Below are positions 18,385 to 26,728 of a stretch of DNA of 40,947 bases, one piece after another; position 1 is the first letter of the stretch; every line of letters begins with the position of its first letter. Under the pieces are notes generated by a model, which had not been told where the DNA came from, did not search any database, and worked only from the letters and a program-made list of their open reading frames with translations. The position numbers were made by a program, and so were the translations under genes. This stretch comes from Microcystaceae cyanobacterium (GTDB taxonomy: Bacteria > Cyanobacteriota > Cyanobacteriia > Cyanobacteriales > Microcystaceae). The DNA lies in the NCBI GenBank assembly GCA_041746575.1, contig JBGTGT010000117.1, positions 1-40,947 of the forward strand, written 5' to 3'.

Positions 18385-18703
18385 GTGACACGGATATTTA
18401 AATTTCGGGGAAAGGTTACAATTTTTCTAACTGAAAGACAGCTATTGGTCAGGGAAAATCAGACTGTCGCTAGGGTTTAATTTTTGCTTTTTCTAAAGAT
18501 AAAATCGCCTTTTCAATTAGTCATTCATAAAAACGGAATTTTTGCTGTTTGAAATACTCCTTTAGGGGTAATTTTTAGACGTTTTTGGCTCATAGATGCA
18601 ACAAAACACACTTATTTCTTTAAATGTGTTTCACTTTACCATGTTGATCGTAAAAAATCTATTACAATAACAATGTTACAAAACTTAATTTTATTTCTCA
18701 AGA

Positions 18704-18997
18704 GTGACTATGGCGATTAATCTTCGCAAACAACGCATCTTAGACCATCTCAAGCAAAGTGCCGATGGCGTGCAATATGCGCCTAAAAAGACAACTCGCT
18801 CAACATCTTCCCCTGCTCCTGTTGTGATTCCTGAAGTTGCATCTTCGCCTGCCCCTGTATTTACGATGAGTCGCAAACAAAAGGTGATGAATCATGTTAA
18901 AACGAGCAGTTCTGAATTTGGGGACTTTACCCTAGAAACGCCAGATCGTCGTAAAAGACAGATTCACGCTCATTTAAAAAAAAGCTTAGGCGTTTAA
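18704..18997 (+). CDS. Small basic hypothetical protein with three RK-x2-(I/V)-x2-H-(L/V)K-x-S motifs
   Basis: RKQRILDHLKQS, RKQKVMNHVKTS and RKRQIHAHLKKS. Likely start GTG 18704 or ATG 18710. The stop codon lies inside CRISPR repeat 1. Confidence 0.75.
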   Translation: MTMAINLRKQRILDHLKQSADGVQYAPKKTTRSTSSPAPVVIPEVASSPAPVFTMSRKQKVMNHVKTSSSEFGDFTLETPDRRKRQIHAHLKKSLGV

Positions 18998-19178
18998 ATT
19001 CTCTATCCCCTTAATAGGAAATAGTCACAGTTAATAATTCAAAAAACCATGCTTCTGCTTCGGTTTAAATTCTCTATCTCCTTAATAGGAAATGGTCACT
19101 CTGGCGGTAGAAACCACCTTACCACCCTGTACTCATGGTGAGTGTAAATTCTCTATCCCCTTAATAGGAAATAGTCAC
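18992..19178 (-). CRISPR. CRISPR mini-array: three 37-bp repeats and two spacers (34 and 42 bp)
   Basis: GTTTAAATTCTCTATCCCCTTAATAGGAAATAGTCAC at 18992-19028, 19063-19099 (2 mismatches) and 19142-19178 (1 mismatch), with unique spacers. The minus-strand form ends TTTAAAC and folds CTATTTCCT/AGGGGATAG with G-U pairs. It abuts cas3. Confidence 0.9.
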
Positions 19179-19179
19179 A

Positions 19180-19392
19180 GCAATAAATCTGCCGAATGCG
19201 ATCGCTTATGTTATTGCTGGACATCATACCCAATTAAAAAGTCAAGATGAGTTATGGGATGAATATCCCGAAGATAGCGAAGACTGGGAAAATTGCCGAG
19301 AAATTGCCCAAACGGAAATTGATAACTTAATTCCAGACACCTTACCAAAAATTACTTTACCGAATAAACTACGCAGAGAATTTGCGATTAGA
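19180..19392 (+). pseudogene. cas3: Start-less in-frame remnant of the Cas3 HD-nuclease domain
   Basis: In frame with ATG 19393: AINLPNAIAYVIAGHHTQL...RREFAIR, then MLFSALVDAD. In-frame stops TAA-TAG at 19162-19167 lie inside repeat 3. Confidence 0.85.
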
Positions 19393-21030
19393 ATGTTATT
19401 TTCTGCCTTAGTGGATGCAGATCGCTTTAATGCAATGAAATTTGAAGCAGGACAGGAAGATCCTGCCCTTAATTTGCTAAACTATCAATTAGTTTCAATT
19501 CTCGATTCTAAATTCAAACCTACTAATTTACCAGAAAGTAAGACAAAGATAGATGAACTTAGAAACGTCTTCGCTCAACATTGTATCAACTTTGCTGAAA
19601 ATGCAAGAGGATTTTATCGGTTAACGGGGGTATGTGGTATTGGCAAAACTATGAGTAGTTTACGATTTGCCTATCTTCATGCTCAAAAACATCAAATGAA
19701 AGGAATTATTTATGTTGCATCTCTAAAAGTAATTATTGAACAAACAGCACAAATTTATAAACAGGAATTCGGGGAAGATCAAGTATTAGAACATCATAGC
19801 GATTATGAGCCAAAATTATCAGAATTTCTTAACTATAAACTCGATACAGAAAGATGGAATAAACCTTATATTGTCACAACTGCTGTTCAATTTTTTGAAT
19901 CATTATTTTCCAATAAACCCAGTCGTTGCCGTAAATTGCATAATATTATCAATCGAGTTATTTTAATTGATGAAGCGCAAAGTATTCCTCCTAAATTTGC
20001 CCGATGTATTCTCGATGCTTTAAATACCTTAGTTGAGGATTATGGTTGTACAGTCGTTTTAATGAGTGCAACCCAACCCGCCTTTGATCGTTTTAACTCT
20101 TCTGAAATTAAAAATATTAACTTTATTGATATTATCGAACAAAAAGAAGTCGTAAAGCAATTTAAAACTTTAAAACGAGTTACCTATAAACCTGTATTAG
20201 ATATAGAGTGGACATGGCAAGATTTAGCAGAAGATATTATAACTTCAGGCTTCCAACAGAGTTTAACGGTTGTTAATACGACTCAACTAGCAAGAGATGG
20301 CTACTATCAATTAAAAGAATTAGTCGGTAGAAACTGGTATCATTTATCTTCCAGAATGTGTCCAGCCCATCGTAGTAAAATTATTAATAATTTACCTAAT
20401 AATCCTAAACACTGGGGTCAATCTTGTCATTTGATTAGTACCTCTATTGTAGAAGCTGGTGTTGATTTAGACTTTCCTAGAGTATATCGTCAATTAACCT
20501 CCTTGGACTCGATTATTCAAACCGCAGGGAGGGGAAACCGCAATGGATTTTTAGAGGCTTTAGAAGCCATTGTTACTATTTTTAGAATGGCAGACAATAA
20601 TCCAAGAGATAATGATTTAAGAGAAAAAATAAATATTACGAAAAATATTATTAATCAAAATCCCCAAGCCCTTGAGCAAGATATGCTTGAATCGCTTGTT
20701 CAATATTTTAAAAAGATATATACCCACTGGCAAAATAAAGACATCATTCAACCCTTAAGAAAAGCCTATAATTATCCTAAAGTTGCTCAAGCATTTCAAC
20801 TCATTGATGATGATTATAATATATCAGTGCTTTGTCCTTGGGAAAAAGGAACTGACTATACTCAAGAATTACAAAACAAAGAGAATCTAACCTTAGCAGA
20901 CTATCGGAAAATTCAGCCTTATTCCGCCAAAGTTTCTCAACAACAGGCCAAATTCGTCACAGAATGTCAGAACGGACTTAACATTTGGCAAACAGATTAT
21001 GATAAACATACAGGATGCTCACAAACTTAG
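19393..21030 (+). CDS. cas3: CRISPR-associated helicase Cas3 (type I-C-like), N-terminally truncated, HD motif missing
   Basis: LFSALVDAD, GxGKT, IIEQTA, VLEHHS, VTTAVQFFESLFSNKPSRCRKLHNI, IDEAQS, LMSATQP, STSIVEAGVDLDF and IIQTAGRGNR. Confidence 0.9.
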   Translation: MLFSALVDADRFNAMKFEAGQEDPALNLLNYQLVSILDSKFKPTNLPESKTKIDELRNVFAQHCINFAENARGFYRLTGVCGIGKTMSSLRFAYLHAQKHQMKGIIYVASLKVIIEQTAQIYKQEFGEDQVLEHHSDYEPKLSEFLNYKLDTERWNKPYIVTTAVQFFESLFSNKPSRCRKLHNIINRVILIDEAQSIPPKFARCILDALNTLVEDYGCTVVLMSATQPAFDRFNSSEIKNINFIDIIEQKEVVKQFKTLKRVTYKPVLDIEWTWQDLAEDIITSGFQQSLTVVNTTQLARDGYYQLKELVGRNWYHLSSRMCPAHRSKIINNLPNNPKHWGQSCHLISTSIVEAGVDLDFPRVYRQLTSLDSIIQTAGRGNRNGFLEALEAIVTIFRMADNNPRDNDLREKINITKNIINQNPQALEQDMLESLVQYFKKIYTHWQNKDIIQPLRKAYNYPKVAQAFQLIDDDYNISVLCPWEKGTDYTQELQNKENLTLADYRKIQPYSAKVSQQQAKFVTECQNGLNIWQTDYDKHTGCSQT

Positions 21031-21075
21031 TCTTTCATCACTCAGTATTAATATTAAGATACGTCACTGAATTGA

Positions 21076-22761
21076 TCAACGCATGATAAAACGGGTTTTA
21101 GAAATTTGCAGACTGAGGAAAATAACAGGGATAATTCCCACCAAAACGATCGCTAAAGCGGGTGCAGACGCTTCTACTAAACGTTCATCTGAGGCATACT
21201 GAAAAACGCGTATCGCTAGGGTATCAAAATTAAAAGGACGAATCAACAATGTAGCTGGTAATTCTTTCATTACATCCACAAATACTAACATGATCGCCGT
21301 TAACATTCCCCCTGTCATCAAAGGCGCATGAACCTTTAATAGGGTGTTTAAAGGAGGATTACCCAGACTACGAGAGGCATCATCCAAACTGGGTTTAATT
21401 TTGCCTAAACTGGTTTCTACTGCCCCAAATCCAACGGCAAGAAATCGTACCAGATAAGCATAAATCAAAGCAATAATCGTGCCACTAAAGATTAATCCCG
21501 TGGAAATGCCAAACGTGCTTAAAAACCAACTATCTAGGGCATTATCAAGCTTTGCCATCTGAATATACGCTCCTACCGCAATCACAGAACCCGGTATCGC
21601 ATATCCCATTGAGGCAATTTTCACCCCTAAACCCATACTCCAATTAGGATACAAGCGATAGCCATAAGCCATAATTAAGCAGATAATTACAGCAATTCCC
21701 CCACTTAACAGGGCTAAAATTAGGCTATGGGAGGCTAAATCCCAAAAAGTATCATCGAGGGTGGTTTCTAAATTATTGAGGGTTAAATAAGCTAAATACA
21801 GGGCAGGCAAGATAAATCCTAAGACCACTACTGTCAGACAAAGTAGAAATGCCCCTATTCCTCGAAGTCCTTGTAAATAATAAGGATTTAAGACACTTTT
21901 GGGGCTACTGACTTGATAGTAACGAGCTTGTCGACGGGAGGCTAACTCTAAGCTAATGAGAAGAAAAATAAATCCCATTAACACCGCCGCTAATTGAGTT
22001 GCCGCCGCTAAATCCCCTAACCCAAACCATGTATTATAAATTCCTGTCGTGAAGGTGTTTACGCCAAAATACTGCACGGTGCCAAATTCATTCAGCGTTT
22101 CCATTAAAACTAAAGATAATCCTGCAATAATCGCTGGACGAGCCAAAGGAAGAGCAATTTTAAAGAAACTCCGCCAAGGATTACAACCTAATGAACGACT
22201 TGCCTCTAAGGTAGCCACGGACTGACCTAAAAAAGCCATTCTTGCCAATAAATAAACGTAGGGATAGAGAACAAGGGTCAGCATCAGAATAGCTCCCCAA
22301 AGGGTGCGAATATTAGGAAACCAGTAATCTTCTACGCTAGCCCAGCCAAAAATATACCGTAAGAAACGTTGAACAGGTCCAAAATAGTCCAACATATCAG
22401 TATAAGTGTAGGCGAGAAGATAGGCCGGTGCCGCTAACGGTAATAATAACCCCCATTCAAACCAGCGATCGCCCGGAAAACGGCAAAGGGTCACTAACCA
22501 AGCAGTGGATACCCCAATTAGGACGACACCGATTCCTACACAGAGCATTAGCAAGAAAGAATTGATCAAATAATCGCTGAGAACTGTTTCTGCTAAATGT
22601 TGCCAAACATCACCGACATTAACCCAGAAACTCGATAAAACAAATAAAATGGGGGCGGCAATTAACAGGGCAATCCCCATGACGAAAATTAACCAACCTT
22701 GATTGAGAAATCGGTTGAGGGAAAAAATGGGTTTCCCTTGATGAGTATAAGGTTCTATCAT
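21076..22761 (-). CDS. futB: Ferric iron ABC transporter permease (FutB/FbpB family)
   Basis: LLPLAAPAYLLAYTY, two EAA-like loops (EASRSLG, DASRSLG) and KELPATLLIRPFNFDTLA. Confidence 0.9.
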   Translation of the reverse strand: MIEPYTHQGKPIFSLNRFLNQGWLIFVMGIALLIAAPILFVLSSFWVNVGDVWQHLAETVLSDYLINSFLLMLCVGIGVVLIGVSTAWLVTLCRFPGDRWFEWGLLLPLAAPAYLLAYTYTDMLDYFGPVQRFLRYIFGWASVEDYWFPNIRTLWGAILMLTLVLYPYVYLLARMAFLGQSVATLEASRSLGCNPWRSFFKIALPLARPAIIAGLSLVLMETLNEFGTVQYFGVNTFTTGIYNTWFGLGDLAAATQLAAVLMGFIFLLISLELASRRQARYYQVSSPKSVLNPYYLQGLRGIGAFLLCLTVVVLGFILPALYLAYLTLNNLETTLDDTFWDLASHSLILALLSGGIAVIICLIMAYGYRLYPNWSMGLGVKIASMGYAIPGSVIAVGAYIQMAKLDNALDSWFLSTFGISTGLIFSGTIIALIYAYLVRFLAVGFGAVETSLGKIKPSLDDASRSLGNPPLNTLLKVHAPLMTGGMLTAIMLVFVDVMKELPATLLIRPFNFDTLAIRVFQYASDERLVEASAPALAIVLVGIIPVIFLSLQISKTRFIMR

Positions 22762-22846
22762 AATAATTTTGTTTCATCTATAGCGTTCACTTTATCTTAT
22801 TATTTACTTTATAAATATCATTCGTTCTACCACTAGGTATTTTATA

Positions 22847-24508
22847 ATGACGACGCAACTAACGGATACAGGCTGGAACGGAGATACTTCAGGGACTTGG
22901 ACATCTGGAGATGATGCGGTGATTGATCCAGACGATGGAATTAACGTTCCCCCAAATACCCTTGTCAATACCCAAGCAGGGGATGATGTGATCAACGGCA
23001 CGGATACCGATAACCAACCGAGCATAACCGATACTGGCCTTGCGAATCAAGGCATCATTGAGACCAAAGCAGGTGACGACACCGTAATCGGGAAAGCTGA
23101 GACAACTGCCAACGGTACTGACGTTCAAGCCTTTGCCAAAGGTATTGATAATACCCAAGGCATCATTGACACAGGGACAGGGGACGATATTGTAAAGGGA
23201 ACGGCTGAGGCTACGGCTGAAGGCACTGGATTTGTAGAGGCGATCGCCATTGGTATTGACAATGGGGGGGAAATTAAAACCGATGCGGGTGACGATAAGG
23301 TCATTGGTAAGGCTGAGGCTACCGTAGAAGGCACGGCAGATGTGGCTTTTCCTTTTGTTGTAGGAATCGATAATACGCGAGGGACAATTACAACCAAGGC
23401 GGGTGACGACACTGTTAAAGGAAACGCACAGGGGACAGCCAATAGCATTGAAAACGTTGTCTTTGCTATCGGCATTGATAATACTCAGGGTAGCATCAAA
23501 ACGGGTGCGGGCGATGATATCGTTAAAGGAAAAGCAACGGCGGTGGCAGAAGGCACGGAAGTCGATATTACGGCAACAGGCATCGACAATTTTCAAGGTC
23601 TCTTTGGCAGTAACGAAGTCATGATTAGAACAGGTGCAGGTAACGACACCGTAAAAGGGAAAGCGAAGGGTACGGCTCAGAGTCAAGAAAACGACGCCAG
23701 TGCCGCTGTTACAGGGATTATTAATTTTAGCGAGATGGCTCGGATTAAGACCAGTGCGCTCGATGATACTATCCAAGGGGTCGCTAAAGCAACAGTTGAA
23801 AGTAAAGGAGGTTTCGCCAGTGCTTCAGCCACGGGAATTCTTAATTTCGGAGATATTAGGACCGGCAAGAGCAATGATACTGTGATTGGGAAAGCAAAGA
23901 CAGTGGCTAAAGGCACTGAAGTTGAAAGTCTTGCCAGAGGAATTGACAACATTGGGGCAATTAAGACGAACGAAGGCAACGACATCGTAAGGGGAATCGC
24001 TGAAGCCACGGCAGAAGGTACTAAAGAGATTGAGATAGTTGCTATTGGTATCGACAATACGGGGAAGGCTGGAGAAATTATGACGGGGATAGGTGATGAT
24101 GCCGTCATTGGCAAGGCAAACGCCATTGGATTTAATGCCACTGCTACAGGAATTCGCAATACGCAGATTCGGTTAGGAGGAGGTGATGACACCCTGATTG
24201 CCAAAGCCACAGGTACAGGTGTTAATCTAGGGATTGACGATGTGCTGCTCGACGGGGGAGGGGGTAAAGATACCTTTGATATTCAAAATGGCAACGGCAC
24301 AATTATTGGGGGTTCGGGTCAAAAAGATTTGTTGATATTAGAAGGATTAAAGAGTGATTATACTTTTACTGAGCTTTCTTCCTTGTCTCTGGGTGTCTCG
24401 ATCACGAATGCTAAGAATTTCACGGATTTAATTGTCAGTGAGGTTGAGTTATTTCAGTTTTCGGGAGACCCGACTTTAACTTATACCTACGAAAATATTA
24501 GAGTGTAA
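22847..24508 (+). CDS. RTX/hemolysin-type Ca-binding-like repeat protein, probably secreted
   Basis: About ten ~40-aa repeats of GI(D/x)N..I.TG.G(D/N)D.V.GKA.AT..G. C-terminal DYTF..TDLIVSEVELFQFS. No signal peptide. Confidence 0.8.
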   Translation: MTTQLTDTGWNGDTSGTWTSGDDAVIDPDDGINVPPNTLVNTQAGDDVINGTDTDNQPSITDTGLANQGIIETKAGDDTVIGKAETTANGTDVQAFAKGIDNTQGIIDTGTGDDIVKGTAEATAEGTGFVEAIAIGIDNGGEIKTDAGDDKVIGKAEATVEGTADVAFPFVVGIDNTRGTITTKAGDDTVKGNAQGTANSIENVVFAIGIDNTQGSIKTGAGDDIVKGKATAVAEGTEVDITATGIDNFQGLFGSNEVMIRTGAGNDTVKGKAKGTAQSQENDASAAVTGIINFSEMARIKTSALDDTIQGVAKATVESKGGFASASATGILNFGDIRTGKSNDTVIGKAKTVAKGTEVESLARGIDNIGAIKTNEGNDIVRGIAEATAEGTKEIEIVAIGIDNTGKAGEIMTGIGDDAVIGKANAIGFNATATGIRNTQIRLGGGDDTLIAKATGTGVNLGIDDVLLDGGGGKDTFDIQNGNGTIIGGSGQKDLLILEGLKSDYTFTELSSLSLGVSITNAKNFTDLIVSEVELFQFSGDPTLTYTYENIRV

Positions 24509-24655
24509 CTTTCCCTGCTAACCTGCGCTCCTGCAAGCGTAATTAAATATTTGTGAAAAGGGTATCAGCCAGCGATGATGTCATGGACGGCACGAATACC
24601 GACTTCAATCTACGATACAATAAACAATTAAGTGAATTGTAGAGAGAGTCATTTC

Positions 24656-26065
24656 ATGAATCCAGAAGAAAATCTACCCCTTCACAGTGAATCCTCAGAA
24701 AAAAAACGACCAAAATCGGATAATCCCTCAAAAAATGCTGAAGATATCGTAGATATACCCGAAATAGAGGCTCAAATTGTCGAAAAATCTCCTAATTCAG
24801 AGGATGAGAGTAATTGGCAAGAAGATTCCCTTGATTGGTGGAAAAATGAACCTTTTCTGCCAATAAAAGAGGACAACACAGAAACCGTTGAGGCAGTGGT
24901 GATAACGTCTTTAGAAACGTTGGAAACTGAAAAAGCGGAAGCATTAAAGGAAGTACAGGGCAAAAAACAGGAACTGGAGTCAGAAATTGAACAATTAAAT
25001 CAACAAAAAGTAGATTTAATTAAGGAAATAGCTGATCTCAGCGATATTAATCAATTAAGCACCCTAAAAACAAAACTCGAAACAGAAGTCAATCAATTAA
25101 GAACAGTCATCGAACAAATGACAAGAGAAACCCAAGAATTAGAGGCCAAGCAAGTAGAGAAAATTGCTGAAATTTTGGCTAACCAAACCACACAAGGGAA
25201 ATTTACGGCAAAATTCGACCAAATTATTGACAATGGTTTACAGGATCTCGAACAACGTCGACAAGCGTTAGAAATCTCCGTTGAGCAACTGGAACGTCGC
25301 CGTGAACGCATCCGTGAAGAAATGCGAACGACTTTTGCCGGAGTTTCCCAAGATTTAGCCATTCGAGTACAGGGATTCAAGGAGTACCTTGTTGGCAGTT
25401 TACAGGATTTAGTGGCGGCGGCTGAACAACTAGAATTTACCCGTCTAGAAGATGATAATTGGGAATCAGCACCCCCTGTTTCTGCTTATAACACCCCATC
25501 TGAGCCATCTCAGCCCCAATTTGCTCAACAAAAATTTCAAGATCAAACCCGTCAAATTGAGCAACTTCTTGATCAATATCGCACTCGCCCCGACTATTAT
25601 GGGCCGCCTTGGCAACTGAGACGAACCTTTGAGCCGATACACGCCGATAGAGTCAAAAAATGGTTCTTTTCTCAAGGAGGGAGGGGCGCAATCCCTAGTA
25701 TGGGCAGTCGTTTGCAAAATATTTTGATTGCCTCGGCCGTTATTTCTACGTTACATCAAATGTACGGCGATCGCAGTCGTGTTTTAATTCTAGCAAATGT
25801 CCCTGAACGCTTAGGGGAGTGGCGACGAGGATTACAGGACTGTTTGGGCATTTCTCGCAGTGATTTCGCTCCAGAAAGGGGAATTGGCCTTCTAGAATCC
25901 CCAGAAGCGTTAATTCAACGGGCTGATCGCTTAATTGAAGATAAAAAGGTGCCTTTAGTGATTATTGACGAAGCAGAAAATGAAATTAGCCTTGCCCTGC
26001 TACAATTTCCTCTATGGTTAGCGTTTGCCCCTGATCCTCAGCAAACCTCCAGTTATCTTTATTAA
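24656..26065 (+). CDS. DUF3086-family coiled-coil protein
   Basis: LEQRRQAL..RRRERIREEMRTTFAGVSQDLAIRVQGFK and PDYYGPPWQLRRTFE. Likely start ATG 24656. Confidence 0.85.
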   Translation: MNPEENLPLHSESSEKKRPKSDNPSKNAEDIVDIPEIEAQIVEKSPNSEDESNWQEDSLDWWKNEPFLPIKEDNTETVEAVVITSLETLETEKAEALKEVQGKKQELESEIEQLNQQKVDLIKEIADLSDINQLSTLKTKLETEVNQLRTVIEQMTRETQELEAKQVEKIAEILANQTTQGKFTAKFDQIIDNGLQDLEQRRQALEISVEQLERRRERIREEMRTTFAGVSQDLAIRVQGFKEYLVGSLQDLVAAAEQLEFTRLEDDNWESAPPVSAYNTPSEPSQPQFAQQKFQDQTRQIEQLLDQYRTRPDYYGPPWQLRRTFEPIHADRVKKWFFSQGGRGAIPSMGSRLQNILIASAVISTLHQMYGDRSRVLILANVPERLGEWRRGLQDCLGISRSDFAPERGIGLLESPEALIQRADRLIEDKKVPLVIIDEAENEISLALLQFPLWLAFAPDPQQTSSYLY

Positions 26066-26187
26066 CGCGTCAGAAGTCCCTCACAATTTCCTTTTTAGAG
26101 CGGAAAGAAAAAAGATGGCACGTTCTAGTATCTCGTTATAAACTTTAATATTGACTTCTCGCTTTCTTAAGATCTAAATACTAGACT

Positions 26188-26727
26188 GTGGCTAACTCCT
26201 CTGTTGTATCATCTACCTTTTTCTTGACCCTTTTGATGGGAATTGGTTTATTCTTCTTTATTCGTGCCTCCGTCAAAGAACGAACGGAACAACTCGAATT
26301 CATTGCTGACGACTCAGATACCCATCTTCTAACCCAAATTCAGCAATATTTCCTGCAACGTGCTTATCAAGTCATCCATGTTAATCCCCAACACCAACAG
26401 ATGATCTTTCAGGGGTTAGTGCGCCCTAGTCGCTTTTTGGCGATTTTTCTGAGTGCTTTAGCGGGATTGGGGCTATTATGTTTAGGATTAGTTCTCTCGC
26501 TTCTGTATCCAGCCTCTCATCAGTGGTTTCTCGTTTTGGTTCTTTTATGCCCTTTAGCAGGATTATTTTATTGGCACAATGCCAAAAGAGTCGAAAAAAT
26601 TGCCCTAGAAGTTAAGTCTTCCCCTAAATTGAGTCAGGGAAATTTAATTACGATTACCGGTCACCGAGATGAATTAGCTCAATTACGCCAAGCTTTTGCT
26701 GAAAAAGCAAGAATTTACCCAGATTAA
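26188..26727 (+). CDS. ccb1: Cofactor assembly of complex C subunit B (CCB1/DUF3529)
   Basis: STFFLTLLMGIGLFFFIRASVKERT, FQGLVRPS and GHRDEL. Confidence 0.8.
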   Translation: MANSSVVSSTFFLTLLMGIGLFFFIRASVKERTEQLEFIADDSDTHLLTQIQQYFLQRAYQVIHVNPQHQQMIFQGLVRPSRFLAIFLSALAGLGLLCLGLVLSLLYPASHQWFLVLVLLCPLAGLFYWHNAKRVEKIALEVKSSPKLSQGNLITITGHRDELAQLRQAFAEKARIYPD

Positions 26728-26728
26728 G

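Noticed and set aside
18704..18711. GTGACTAT equals the first 8 nt of the minus-strand CRISPR repeat (possible anti-repeat or tracrRNA)
   Set aside because: Only 8 bp, it coincides with the ORF start, and type I systems use no tracrRNA.
22804..24210. Long minus-strand ORFs (295, 175, 116 and 73 aa) over the repeat protein
   Set aside because: Antisense frames left open by the biased codons of the Gly/Ala/Thr/Asp repeats.
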